From Acidimicrobiia bacterium (GTDB taxonomy: Bacteria > Actinomycetota > Acidimicrobiia > Spongiisociales > Spongiisociaceae), in contig JBFGLM010000032.1 of assembly GCA_041576165.1 (NCBI GenBank), forward strand, positions 1 to 56,140: a DNA stretch of 56,140 nucleotides, in the 5' to 3' direction. A program made the translations under genes and the position numbers. Below are positions 28,231 to 40,722 of this stretch, in pieces. Below the pieces are notes generated by a model. It was not told where the DNA came from and searched no databases. It was given only the letters and a program-made list of their open reading frames with translations. Within the stretch, counting starts at the first letter, position 1. The number at the start of each line of letters is the position of its first letter.

Positions 28231-29000
28231 CAAGGAGACGACTCGATGCCGAGCTCGTGCGGAGGGGGCTCGCCCCCAGTCGAGCCGCGGCGCAGGAGGC
28301 CATCGAGAGCGCGCAGGTTGAGGTCCGAGGGGTGCCGCAACCCAAAGCGGCCACCCTCGTGGATTCCGACACTGGTATCACCATTCTGGGACCGGCCCGC
28401 CGGTTTGTGTCCCGAGGAGGCGATAAGCTCGACGCAGCACTCGAAGCCTTCAGGGTGGCCGTTTCGGATCTGCGCTGTATCGACGTGGGCGCCTCCACCG
28501 GGGGTTTCACCGACTGCCTGCTGCAGCGTGGGGCGGCATCCGTGGTCGCGGTCGATGTGGGCTACGGTCAGCTGGCGTGGAAGCTCGCACAAGACGAGCG
28601 GGTGACGGTCATGGACCGCACCAACATTCGTTACGCGGAGCCGGCCGACTTGGGAGCTCCTTTCGACCTGGTGGTAGCCGATCTCTCCTTCATCTCGCTC
28701 CGAACCGTGGCTGAAGTCCTGGCCGCGCTGGGAGACGCTGGTACGACCTACATCTTGTTGGTGAAGCCGCAGTTCGAGGTTGGCCGGGCCGAGATAGGAA
28801 AGGGCGGGATAGTCCGCAGTCCGAAGGCCGCCCGCACGGCGGTGGCGGCCGTCGTTGAGGCCATGGCCGCCGCAGGCATCGGCTTCACACAAGGCGTGCT
28901 CAGTGTGCTGACCGGTGCCAAAGGAAACCAGGAGTTCTTGATTCTCGGCGCCAAAGGCGCGACACCCGACGCCGCCGCGGTGCTGGAGGGCATCGCATGA
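28227..29000 (+). CDS. tlyA: TlyA rRNA (cytidine-2'-O)-methyltransferase, probable CTG start
   Basis: RRRLDAELVRRGL S4-like N-terminus, FVSRGGDKL, DVGASTGGFTD and LVKPQFE motifs. Confidence 0.92.
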   Translation: MTRRRLDAELVRRGLAPSRAAAQEAIESAQVEVRGVPQPKAATLVDSDTGITILGPARRFVSRGGDKLDAALEAFRVAVSDLRCIDVGASTGGFTDCLLQRGAASVVAVDVGYGQLAWKLAQDERVTVMDRTNIRYAEPADLGAPFDLVVADLSFISLRTVAEVLAALGDAGTTYILLVKPQFEVGRAEIGKGGIVRSPKAARTAVAAVVEAMAAAGIGFTQGVLSVLTGAKGNQEFLILGAKGATPDAAAVLEGIA

Positions 29001-29827
29001 GGATCGCGATTGTTGCGCTACACGAACGCCCCCAGGCGCTGGCCATCGCCAAACAGGTGATCGATCTGGCCGGCGTCTACGGCTACGAACCGGTGGCATC
29101 GGCCATCGACGCCCCGCTTCTCGGGCTGGATCCCGTCGACCTGAACGAGTCGACGGGAGTCGATCTCGTCCTGGGCATCGGGGGAGACGGTACCGTGCTC
29201 GACGCCGCCCAAGTCGCGCTCCACACCGGGGCGCCGCTCTACGGCATCAACGCCGGCCACATCGGATTCATGGCCGACGGAGACCCCGAGGTCCTCGAAA
29301 GCACCCTCGAGCGGCTGGTGGCCGGTGGCTGGCGGCTGTCCGAGCGCATGATGATCGAGGCGAGCATCGACGGAGGCGTGGCCGTCCGCGGCCTCAACGA
29401 CGTAGTTGCCGAAAAGATGGAGAGCCAGCGGCTCGTCCAGATCCATGTAGTCGTCGACGGCGAGTCGTTTCTCACGTACCGCGCGGATGGCCTGGTTCTG
29501 GCAACCCCGAACGGTTCGACCGCATACAACCTCTCGGCCGGAGGACCCTTGATCGCCCCCGAGATGGCTGCCATCGTGCTCACACCGGTCGCTCCTCATT
29601 CGCTGTTCTCCAAATCGTTGGTTTTGCCGCCGGACACGGTTCTGCAACTCGAGGTTCAGGCGGATCGCTCCGTGGGCGTGAACGTCGACGGCTACGAGAT
29701 CGGCATCGTCGCTCCGGGCGGCGAGATCGAAATACGGAGATCGGAGTCTGTGGTTCGCTTCGTGGATTTGTCGCGGCGTTCGTTCACGTCGACCGTGAAA
29801 CGCAAGTTCAACCTCGAGGACATGTGA
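28997..29827 (+). CDS. nadK: NAD kinase
   Basis: GGDGT, GINAGHIGF, LND and DGLVLATPNGSTAYNLSAGGP motifs. Confidence 0.93.
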   Translation: MRIAIVALHERPQALAIAKQVIDLAGVYGYEPVASAIDAPLLGLDPVDLNESTGVDLVLGIGGDGTVLDAAQVALHTGAPLYGINAGHIGFMADGDPEVLESTLERLVAGGWRLSERMMIEASIDGGVAVRGLNDVVAEKMESQRLVQIHVVVDGESFLTYRADGLVLATPNGSTAYNLSAGGPLIAPEMAAIVLTPVAPHSLFSKSLVLPPDTVLQLEVQADRSVGVNVDGYEIGIVAPGGEIEIRRSESVVRFVDLSRRSFTSTVKRKFNLEDM

Positions 29828-31416
29828 TGCTCGACGAATTGGCCGTACACAACCTTGGCATCATCGACCACGCCCAGCTCGAGCCGAGCCCGGGGTTCAC
29901 TGTGGTGACGGGCGAAACGGGCACCGGCAAGACGCTGTTGCTGGGTGCGCTCCGACTCCTCGTCGGTGGCACTGCCCGCGGCGACGTCATCGGTCCCCAC
30001 GACGACGAGGCCAGGGTTGAGGGCCGTTTCATCGTCGGGGAGGACGAAATCGCAGTCGCCCGTCGGGTCGGCGGAGGGCGCAGCCGGGCATATCTCGACG
30101 GTTCGATGGCCACGGCCACCGCGGTTGAGTCGCGTCTGGGGGCTGCCGTCGAGATCGTCGGTCAACACGACCATCTGATGCTCACCACTACGGGGGAACT
30201 GCGCCGTCTGCTCGATCGTTTTGTCTTGCCGGACGTCATCAACCGGTACCGGCACGCCTGGGACGAGCTCGATTTCCTGCGGGCCCGGCTGGAGGCGCTG
30301 GGCGGGGACCGGCGGGCGTTGGAGCGCGAGCTCGACCTGGTGTCATACCAGGTAGAGGAAATCGAGGCCGCTTCCCTTGATCCTGAGGAGGAGGCCGCGC
30401 TGGCGGCGGCGATCTCTCGCCTCCGCCACTCCGAAGAGCTGCAGGAACGCCTCGCAGCCGTCCGAGCGCATTTTGCGGCGGCATCGAGCGGATTAGGCGA
30501 CGCGGTTGGCGACCTGCGGCGCGCCCGGCAGCTCGATCCGGAGCTGGAGCATCTGCTGGAAGCAGTCGAAGGTTGTGCGGTTCAGGTAGGCGAGCTCGAG
30601 AGCGACACCCGCGCTCGATTCGAAGCGCTGCAATCCGACCCGGCCGCCCTGGAGGAGCTGGAGCACCGGTTTGCGCAGCTCGCAGACCTCCGGCGCAAAT
30701 ATGGCGCATCGATCGAAGAGGTCCTCGGCTTCGCCGAGCGTACCGCGAAGCGGCGGGATGAGCTCGCTGATCTGTTGGGAAGTGCGGATGAGCTGGAGCG
30801 CAGCCATGCCGCCGCGGTGTCCCGCGTGACGGCGGCAGGGGCTGAGCTGCGAGTTGCTCGCGCAACGGCAGGGAGCCGGGTCGCCGAGGCGGCCACCGGC
30901 CACCTCCGCGAGCTGGGGTTCGATGACCCGCTGGTGCAATTCAGCGTTGAGGAGGCGGTCCCGGGCCCGACCGGGGCGGAAAGGGTTCTGCTGCTGTTCG
31001 CCTCGGATCAGAGGCTGGAGCCGGGGCCGGTAGGCCGGGTAGCGTCCGGTGGTGAGCTGAGCCGCCTGGTGCTCTCCCTGCGGCTGGCGGCCGGTGCCGG
31101 TGACGCCGCCGTGGTGGCCTTCGACGAAGTCGACGCAGGAGTCGGCGGCAGCACGGCACTGGAACTGGGCCGCAAGCTGGCGGCGCTCGCCCAGTCCCGC
31201 CAAGTGTTGTGCGTCACCCATCTGCCGCAGGTGGCTGCGTTCGCCGACCTCCATGTGGTGGTCGAACGAGACGGCGCGTCGGCTGCGGTGCGGGTGGTAG
31301 AAGGTGAGCAGCGGCTCGAAGAGCTGGCTCGCATGCTGTCCGGCCTACCCGACAGCGAAGCGGGGCGGGTACACGCGGAAGAGCTGCGCCGGCTGGCCAG
31401 CGAAAACGCCAGGTGA
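29824..31416 (+). CDS. recN: DNA repair protein RecN
   Basis: GETGTGKT, ASGGELSR, FDEVDAG and VTHLPQVA motifs; coiled coil; follows nadK. Confidence 0.93.
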   Translation: MMLDELAVHNLGIIDHAQLEPSPGFTVVTGETGTGKTLLLGALRLLVGGTARGDVIGPHDDEARVEGRFIVGEDEIAVARRVGGGRSRAYLDGSMATATAVESRLGAAVEIVGQHDHLMLTTTGELRRLLDRFVLPDVINRYRHAWDELDFLRARLEALGGDRRALERELDLVSYQVEEIEAASLDPEEEAALAAAISRLRHSEELQERLAAVRAHFAAASSGLGDAVGDLRRARQLDPELEHLLEAVEGCAVQVGELESDTRARFEALQSDPAALEELEHRFAQLADLRRKYGASIEEVLGFAERTAKRRDELADLLGSADELERSHAAAVSRVTAAGAELRVARATAGSRVAEAATGHLRELGFDDPLVQFSVEEAVPGPTGAERVLLLFASDQRLEPGPVGRVASGGELSRLVLSLRLAAGAGDAAVVAFDEVDAGVGGSTALELGRKLAALAQSRQVLCVTHLPQVAAFADLHVVVERDGASAAVRVVEGEQRLEELARMLSGLPDSEAGRVHAEELRRLASENAR

Positions 31417-31497
31417 GCGGGCCGGCGGACAGGTCCCCCGTCGGCGGCGCCGTCAGACGTGACCAAGATAGAGTGTCAGCTCCGACCCGGGAGGACC

Positions 31498-33096
31498 ATG
31501 GAGACCGTCTGTCGGACCGAGTTGACGCCATTGCTCTTCCTCGAGCGATCGGCCGACGTGTTCCCGGACAAGGTGGCGATTCGTCACCGGGACCGGTCGA
31601 TGACGTATACCGATATGGCCACGACCGCCATTCGGATGGCACGGGCGCTGGCGGCGATCGGAATCGACTCAGGGGATCGGGTCGCGTTCCTCATGCCGAA
31701 CCTGCCCGAGCTCCTGATAGCCCATTTCGGCGTCCCATTGCAGCATGCAGTCCTGGTCGCCATCAACACCCGGCTGTCCGGCCAGGAGATCGAGTACATA
31801 CTGAATCATTCGGGCGCTCGCCTGCTGGTTGTCGACACGGAGCTCGCCTCGGTGGTCGCCCCGATCGTCGAAGGCCTCGAAACCGTGGAGGAGATCGTCA
31901 CGCTGGATGACGCCGGAACAGGTTCTCCCATCAATTCCACCGATTACTCGGAGTTCATGTCTCGCGGTTCGGCGGAGCCGATGCCATGGCGGGTGGACGA
32001 CGAGGAGAGAACCATTTCGATCAACTACACGTCGGGCACCACCGGCCGTCCCAAAGGTGTCATGTACACGCACCGCGGGGCGTATCTGAATGCGCTGGGA
32101 GAGATGCTGCACAGCCGTCACAGCCCCGAGAGCGTCTACCTATGGACTCTGCCGATGTTCCACTGCAACGGCTGGTGCACCACGTGGGGAGTGACGGGCA
32201 TAGGGGGAACCCACATCTGTTTAAGAACGATAGATCCCGACCATGTCTGGCGCCTCATCAGGGGTGAGGGGGTCACCCACCTGAACGCCGCCCCCACGGT
32301 CCTGATCTCGCTGGCCAACTCACCCGAGGCAGCTCCGGTCGGGCGGCCGTTCACGGCCACCACCGCCGGTGCGCCCCCCAGCCCGACGATCATCAGCCAG
32401 ATGACCGACCTGGGGATGGATATCGTCCACGTCTACGGGCTGACCGAAACGTACGGGCCGCACACGGTCAACGAATGGCAGCACGCGTGGGCCGACGAGT
32501 CGCCGGAGACGATCGCCCGTTTCCGTGCCCGCCAAGGCGTGGCGTACGTGATCGCCGATCCGATACGTGTCGTGGACGAACAGATGCGTGACGTGCCCCG
32601 GGATGGTGCGACGATGGGCGAGGTTGTCATGCGCGGGAACAACGTCATGAAGGGCTACTACAACGACCCGGCCGCCACCGCGGAAGCGTTTCGCGGCGGA
32701 TGGTTCCACAGCGGCGACCTGGCGGCCTGGCATCCGGACGGATACATCGAACTGCGGGATCGTGCCAAAGACATCATCATCTCGGGCGGCGAGAACATTT
32801 CGACGATCGAGGTCGAACAGGCGATCGTCAGCCACGCCGAGGTGCTCGAATGTGCGGTCATCGCGGTGCCGCACGACAGGTGGGGGGAGCGGCCCAAGGC
32901 CTTCGTGGTGACCAGACCAGACGCCACGGTGGGAGAAGCAGATCTCATCGCCCACGTGCGAGACCGCCTCGCGAAGTTCAAAGCACCTGACACGATCGAG
33001 TTCGTCGCCGAATTGCCCAAGACGTCGACGGGAAAGATCCAGAAGTACGTGCTGCGGGAAAAGGAGTGGGCCGGCGCCGACAAACGCATTCATTGA
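31498..33096 (+). CDS. Acyl-CoA synthetase (AMP-binding enzyme)
   Basis: YTSGTTGRPKGV, YGLTET, GWFHSGD, SGGENI and PKTSTGKIQK motifs; GGGAGG RBS. Confidence 0.92.
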   Translation: METVCRTELTPLLFLERSADVFPDKVAIRHRDRSMTYTDMATTAIRMARALAAIGIDSGDRVAFLMPNLPELLIAHFGVPLQHAVLVAINTRLSGQEIEYILNHSGARLLVVDTELASVVAPIVEGLETVEEIVTLDDAGTGSPINSTDYSEFMSRGSAEPMPWRVDDEERTISINYTSGTTGRPKGVMYTHRGAYLNALGEMLHSRHSPESVYLWTLPMFHCNGWCTTWGVTGIGGTHICLRTIDPDHVWRLIRGEGVTHLNAAPTVLISLANSPEAAPVGRPFTATTAGAPPSPTIISQMTDLGMDIVHVYGLTETYGPHTVNEWQHAWADESPETIARFRARQGVAYVIADPIRVVDEQMRDVPRDGATMGEVVMRGNNVMKGYYNDPAATAEAFRGGWFHSGDLAAWHPDGYIELRDRAKDIIISGGENISTIEVEQAIVSHAEVLECAVIAVPHDRWGERPKAFVVTRPDATVGEADLIAHVRDRLAKFKAPDTIEFVAELPKTSTGKIQKYVLREKEWAGADKRIH

Positions 33097-33113
33097 GCTC
33101 GCGGCGCCACTGA

Positions 33114-35388
<2,275 letters not shown>

Positions 35389-35392
<4 letters not shown>

Positions 35393-36285
35393 CCGGGGCG
35401 GCCGAGACCAGCCTGACGTCGCTGGTCGACCCGTATCTGACCTACCTGCGGGTGGAGCGGGGCCTGGCCGCCCGGTCCATCGATGCGTACCGGCGTGACC
35501 TCGACCAGTATTTCGAGTTCCTGGGATCCCAAACCCCTTCGACGGCGACTACCGACGCCTTCGTCGCCAACCTGCACGGCCGGGGTCTGGCGCCGGCCAC
35601 GATTGCTCGCAAGGTGGCCGCCATACGCGGGTTCCACCGGTTCTGCGTCGGCGAGGGCCTGGCCGAGTCCGACCCGACGGTGCTGGTCCAAGCCGGGCGG
35701 ACCGGCGATCAATTCCCCAAGTCGTTGACGGTCGATGAAACCATCCGACTGGTCGAAGCGCCCGATGTCACCACCCGCCTCGGGCGGCGGGATAGGGCAA
35801 TACTCGAGTTCATGTATGCGACCGGCGCCCGGGTCGCCGAAGTGGTCGGGTTGGACCAGCGCGATGTCGACGACGAGAGCCGCACGGCGCTGGTAACCGG
35901 CAAGGGTTCGAGGCAACGCATCGTGCCCTTGGGAGGAGCCGCCATCACCGCGATCACGTCATATCTGCCCGACCGGCTGGCCTTGCGGCGGTCAGGACGC
36001 GACGACGGCGCCATGTTTCTCAACCGTCAGGGAGGCCGCCTGAGCCGGCAAGGAGTGTGGGGCATCGTCAAGAAACATGCGGTCAAGGCCGGTATCGAGC
36101 TCGATCGAGTGTCGCCCCACGTACTGCGTCACTCGGCTGCCACACACATGGTTGAAGCCGGCGCGGACATTCGTACTGTTCAGGAAATGCTCGGTCACGC
36201 TAGTATCTCGACAACTCAGGTGTACACCCGTATGTCGTTACGGCATCTACATGAGGTATACATCGAGGCGCACCCCCGTAGTTGA
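35389..36285 (+). CDS. xerD: Site-specific tyrosine recombinase XerD
   Basis: TGARVAE, GKG, HVLRHSAATH and LGHASISTTQVY motifs; C-terminal HPR. Confidence 0.92.
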
Positions 36286-36355
36286 GTCGCTACGGCCAAG
36301 CACATGTAGAGGATGTACCGGGCCGAGGGGGCGCATGTTCCAGGAGTGGTAGCGG

Positions 36356-36703
36356 ATGACGATCGATTTGGACAGCGCACGTTCAGGCCTTCTCGCAGAG
36401 CGGGAGAAGCTGGTTCGCCAGTTGGGAGAACTCGGAGCCACCGAGTCAGGCGATCTCCGCTCAGATCTCGACTTTGGTGAGGGTTTCGCCGATGCCGCGG
36501 CCATCACCGCCGAGCGCACAGAGGTTTTGGGCCTGGTCGACACGTTGAAGGGCCGCCTTGCGGCGGTTGATGCTGCGTTGGCCCATGTCGAAGCCGGTAC
36601 CTACGGAACCTGTGAGCGCTGCAATGAGCAAATCCCGACTGCCCGCCTGGAGGCACGACCAGAGTCGGTTTTGTGCGTGGAGTGCAAATCGCGCCGTAGG
36701 TGA
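36356..36703 (+). CDS. TraR/DksA-family C4 zinc-finger protein
   Basis: Coiled coil, then GTYGTCERC...RLEARP...CVEC. Confidence 0.85.
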   Translation: MTIDLDSARSGLLAEREKLVRQLGELGATESGDLRSDLDFGEGFADAAAITAERTEVLGLVDTLKGRLAAVDAALAHVEAGTYGTCERCNEQIPTARLEARPESVLCVECKSRRR

Positions 36704-37236
36704 GCGTGCGCTCACGCATCATGAGTAGGACTGCCGGGACCGACCTCCTGCGCGAAGGGCTCCATCTCATTGCCCGCTTCTTCGATGTGGCCACTGCTTC
36801 GGCGCTGTCCCCGGCCGAACAGGATGAAGTGGCCGCCTGGCTGGATGGTCGAACGGAAGCCCGGGCGTTCTGGGAGCAGCCTGGCGCCGACCAGCGCCAC
36901 GGCCTGGCGGCGGCACGCTACGTCAGTCGGGCCGCTCCTGACCGCCGGGACCTGATCCGGGCCGCCCTGCTCCATGACGTCGGTAAGCGCCATGCCCGGC
37001 TGGGCCTGATCGGGCGGTCCCTGGCAGGCGCAGCCCGGATGTTGGGGGTTCCGGCCCGAGGTCGCTTCCGGGTCTATCTGGACCACGGGCCGATCGGTGC
37101 CGACGAACTGGGCCGGGCCGGCGCCGAGCCGGTCGTCGTCACATTCACCCGCCACCACCACGATGAGGAGCGGCCCCCTCAGCTGGCGGACCGTGATTGG
37201 CGGGTGTTGCACGCTGCCGACCGGGCACGACGGTGA
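36700..37236 (+). CDS. HD-domain protein
   Basis: DQRH, ALLHDVGK, HGPIGA, HH and AD motifs. Confidence 0.75.
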   Translation: MSVRSRIMSRTAGTDLLREGLHLIARFFDVATASALSPAEQDEVAAWLDGRTEARAFWEQPGADQRHGLAAARYVSRAAPDRRDLIRAALLHDVGKRHARLGLIGRSLAGAARMLGVPARGRFRVYLDHGPIGADELGRAGAEPVVVTFTRHHHDEERPPQLADRDWRVLHAADRARR

Positions 37237-37309
37237 GCGCGGTGGCCAAAGACTGCTGCGGCAAAGCCCGCCCATCTACGATACGGGCCGATGCCGACGG
37301 TGGTGGAGC

Positions 37310-38071
37310 ATGACGTATCAGGTCAAGACAGCGGTCTTTGAGGGCCCGCTCGATCTTCTGCTCCAGTTGATCACCAGGCATCAGGTGGATATCACCAGCG
37401 TCAGCCTGCTCAACCTGGTTTCTGAGTACGTGTCCTACCTCGACGAGATGCGAGAGCTGGATCTGGACGTGACGAGCGAGTTTCTGCTCATCGCTGCGAC
37501 CTTGATTCAGCTCAAGGCCCGCCACTTGTTGCCGGACGATAGGGAGATCGACCTCGACGAGGAGCTGGGACTACTCGAAGAACGGGACCGTCTGCTCGCG
37601 CGCTTGCTGGCCTGTGTCACCTTCAAGGACGTCGCTGCGGTTCTGGCCCGGCGGATCGGAGAGATGGAACGACACCTCGGACGGACCGTCGGGCTGGACC
37701 AGGACATTCCTGTCGCTGAACCCGAAGTCCACATCGACCTGAGCCCTTCCGAGTTTGCCACCCTGGCCGGACAGGTTCTCGCTCCTCGCCCGACCGACCC
37801 CGATACCGATCATCTCGACCTCGATCTGCCGTCAGTCGACGATGCGATCGGGGATCTGCGCGTGCGGGTTGCCCAGGAGGTCACAACCACTTTCGAAGAG
37901 CTGGTCGGGAGCTGCACGCGCAAAGTGGAGGTTGTTGCCTATTTCCTGGCGCTACTGGAGCTGGCCCGCTGGGGTGCGGTTGAGGTGACACAGGCCGACT
38001 GGCTGAGCAGTATCGAGGTTGCGCACCGGGATGTGGATCTGGGGGCGGTGTCAAGTGAGTGGGGAACCTGA
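37310..38071 (+). CDS. scpA: Segregation/condensation protein A
   Basis: FEGPLDLLLQLI, SEFLLIAATL and FLALLEL motifs. Confidence 0.93.
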   Translation: MTYQVKTAVFEGPLDLLLQLITRHQVDITSVSLLNLVSEYVSYLDEMRELDLDVTSEFLLIAATLIQLKARHLLPDDREIDLDEELGLLEERDRLLARLLACVTFKDVAAVLARRIGEMERHLGRTVGLDQDIPVAEPEVHIDLSPSEFATLAGQVLAPRPTDPDTDHLDLDLPSVDDAIGDLRVRVAQEVTTTFEELVGSCTRKVEVVAYFLALLELARWGAVEVTQADWLSSIEVAHRDVDLGAVSSEWGT

Positions 38072-38643
38072 TGGAACCGCGTGGCTATCTCGAGGCGATT
38101 CTCTTCGTTGCGGAGCAGCCAATCCCGGCCAAGGAACTGGCGCAGGTGCTTGAAATCGGATTGGCGGACGTGGAGGCACTGCTGACGGCTTGGTCCAACG
38201 AGCTGGCGGCCGACCTGAGCCGCGGCATGGAGCTCCGTGAGGCGGGGCACGGGTGGCGCCTCTACACGAAGGCGCAGGCATATCCGTACTTGGAGCGTTA
38301 CACGACAACGGCTTCAGCGACCCGCTTGTCCCGGGCGGCCATGGAGGTGCTGGCGGTCGTGGCGTACCGCCAGCCGGTCTCCCGCAACCAGATCGCGGAG
38401 ATCCGCGGGGTGGACTCGGATTCGGCGATCCGCACACTGGAGCGCAGGGGTCTCATCGAGGAGGCCGGACGCTTGAACACTCCGGGTAACCCCGCGATCT
38501 ACCGAACGTCTTCATTGTTCTTGGAGCAGATCGGCCTCACCGACCTGGGTGAGCTACCGCCGTTGGCCGACCACGTGCCGCCAGCCGAAGTGGTTGAGAC
38601 GCTGGAGGAGACTTTCCGGGTTGAGCGAGCCGACGGAGCCTGA
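38071..38643 (+). CDS. scpB: Segregation/condensation protein B
   Basis: LEAILFV, LSRAAMEVLAVVAYRQPV, IRGV and LPPL motifs. Confidence 0.93.
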   Translation: MEPRGYLEAILFVAEQPIPAKELAQVLEIGLADVEALLTAWSNELAADLSRGMELREAGHGWRLYTKAQAYPYLERYTTTASATRLSRAAMEVLAVVAYRQPVSRNQIAEIRGVDSDSAIRTLERRGLIEEAGRLNTPGNPAIYRTSSLFLEQIGLTDLGELPPLADHVPPAEVVETLEETFRVERADGA

Positions 38644-39382
38644 GGTTGGGCAGCAATCATCCGTGCAACCGGAACGGTTGCAGAAGCTGATTTCGCGGGC
38701 CGGACTGGCGTCTCGCCGCGTCGCCGACCAGATGATTGCCGACGGGCGCGTTGCGGTTGATGGGCGCACCGCTCGCCTCGGTGACCGCGCCGATCCTCGC
38801 TATGCGGCGATCACGGTCGACGGAGTTCCGCTCCCGGTCCGCCCCGACCTGGTCTACTACCTTGTCAACAAGCCGCTCGGTGTGATTTCAACCGCGAGCG
38901 ATCCACAAGGCCGCCCGACCGTCATCGATCTTGTGCCGTCCGAGCCGCGAGTGTTCTCGGTCGGCCGGCTGGACGCCGACACTACCGGCCTGATCATCCT
39001 CACCAATGACGGTGACCTCGCAGAACGGCTCACGCATCCCCGCTACGGGGTGACGAAGACCTACGTAGCTTTGATAGCGGGTCGAGCCACCGGATCGGAT
39101 GTCCGGCAACTCGAGGAGGGCGTGGAGTTGGAAGACGGGCCGGCCGTCGCCGTCGCGGCCCGGCTGATCGCCGCTCGCGCCGATCGGAGCCAGCTCGAGA
39201 TCATCATGCGGGAGGGTCGGAACCGAGAGGTGCGACGCATGTGCGAGGCGATCGGATGTCCGGTCATGGCGCTGCACCGGACCGCCGTTGGAAGCCTCCG
39301 CGATGCCGAGCTGAAGCCGGGTCGGCACCGCCGGCTCCACGTCAGCGAGATCCGTGCGTTATATCAGGCGAGCGATGGCTGA
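38621..39382 (+). CDS. rluB: RluB-family rRNA pseudouridine synthase
   Basis: ERLQKLISRAGLASRR S4 domain, GRLD catalytic motif, EGRNREVRRM. Confidence 0.88.
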   Translation: MSEPTEPEVGQQSSVQPERLQKLISRAGLASRRVADQMIADGRVAVDGRTARLGDRADPRYAAITVDGVPLPVRPDLVYYLVNKPLGVISTASDPQGRPTVIDLVPSEPRVFSVGRLDADTTGLIILTNDGDLAERLTHPRYGVTKTYVALIAGRATGSDVRQLEEGVELEDGPAVAVAARLIAARADRSQLEIIMREGRNREVRRMCEAIGCPVMALHRTAVGSLRDAELKPGRHRRLHVSEIRALYQASDG

Positions 39383-39453
39383 GGCCCAGGTACAGCGCCG
39401 GCGTCGAGGTGGAGATTGTCCGGCAGCAGCCGATGCGTGGCAGCATGGGCGGG

Positions 39454-40722
39454 ATGCGCCCATATCCACGCGAGTACGAGGTCACGCCCACCGGCCGGGT
39501 AGTGGCCGATGTCGTGCCGCCGGGTTCCAAGTCGATCACGAATCGGGCGCTCCTCGTCGCTGCGCTGGCAGATGGGACCTCTGTCTTGCGCCGTCCCTTA
39601 CATTCCGACGACACGGAAGCCATGATCGACAGTCTGTCGAACCTTGGTGTGGTGGTGGAGAGGTCCGAGGCCGACGACTTTGTCGTTGCGGCGACCGGTC
39701 GTCTCCACCCCACCGGTAAGGTCCTCGACGTTCGCGGGTCCGGTACCACGGCCCGGTTCGTCACCGCTGCGGCCACGCTGGCCGACGGCGAAGTGGTGAT
39801 CGACGGCAATGGGCGGATGCGGCAGCGTCCTATCGCCCATCTCGTCGATGCGCTGCGCCGGCTCGGCGCCGAGCTGGAAATCGAAGGAGTGGATGGATGT
39901 CCGCCGGTGCGGGTCCGGGGCGGGGGCCTGCGCGGGGGCGCGGTTCCGATCGACGCCTCCCGTTCTTCGCAATATGTCTCCGCGGTGATGATGGCCGCTC
40001 CGTACGCGACCCAGCCGGTGACGCTCACCCTGGGCGGACCGGTTGTCAGCCGGCCCTACATCCGGTCCACCCTCGACGTCATGGCGGCGTTCGGCGTGGC
40101 AGCAGAGATGAAAGGTGACGTGATCTCGATCCCTGCGGGGCGATACATGAGCCGGGACTATCGGATCGAGCCGGACGCGTCGGCCGCCGTCTATCCATGG
40201 GCAGCGGCGGCGTTGACCGGCGGGCGAGTGACGGTTCGGGGGATTTCTCCTCGCACCAGCCAAGCCGATATCGGGTTCGTGCGGGTGCTGGAAGAGATGG
40301 GTTGCACCGTCGACGTCGATGAGGCCGGCATCACCGTGGCAGGTCCGACCCGGCTGCGGGGGGTTGAAGTCGACATGAACGACTGCCCGGACGCCGTCCT
40401 CGCCGCGGCGGTAGCAGCGTCGTTCGCAGATGGTCCAACCACTATTCGCAATGTGGCAAATCTCAGAATCAAAGAAACCGATCGGCTCGCTGCGCTGGAG
40501 GCCGAGCTGGCCACGCTTGGCCACGACGTGTCGACCGGGCCGGACTGGCTGCACATCGTGCCGCGCACCCCTGGCGGTGGTGTGATCCGCACCCACGACG
40601 ATCATCGCATGGCCATGTCTTTCGCAATCGCCGGACTGGTGGTACCGGGGGTCATCATTGACGATCCGGCGTGTGTGATGAAAACCTGGCCGGGATTCTT
40701 CGAAGAGCTGGAGACCTGGTGA
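39454..40722 (+). CDS. aroA: 3-phosphoshikimate 1-carboxyvinyltransferase
   Basis: PGSKSITNRAL, SGTTARF, SSQYVSA, RIKETDRL and DDHRMAM motifs; exact start uncertain. Confidence 0.95.
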   Translation: MRPYPREYEVTPTGRVVADVVPPGSKSITNRALLVAALADGTSVLRRPLHSDDTEAMIDSLSNLGVVVERSEADDFVVAATGRLHPTGKVLDVRGSGTTARFVTAAATLADGEVVIDGNGRMRQRPIAHLVDALRRLGAELEIEGVDGCPPVRVRGGGLRGGAVPIDASRSSQYVSAVMMAAPYATQPVTLTLGGPVVSRPYIRSTLDVMAAFGVAAEMKGDVISIPAGRYMSRDYRIEPDASAAVYPWAAAALTGGRVTVRGISPRTSQADIGFVRVLEEMGCTVDVDEAGITVAGPTRLRGVEVDMNDCPDAVLAAAVAASFADGPTTIRNVANLRIKETDRLAALEAELATLGHDVSTGPDWLHIVPRTPGGGVIRTHDDHRMAMSFAIAGLVVPGVIIDDPACVMKTWPGFFEELETW

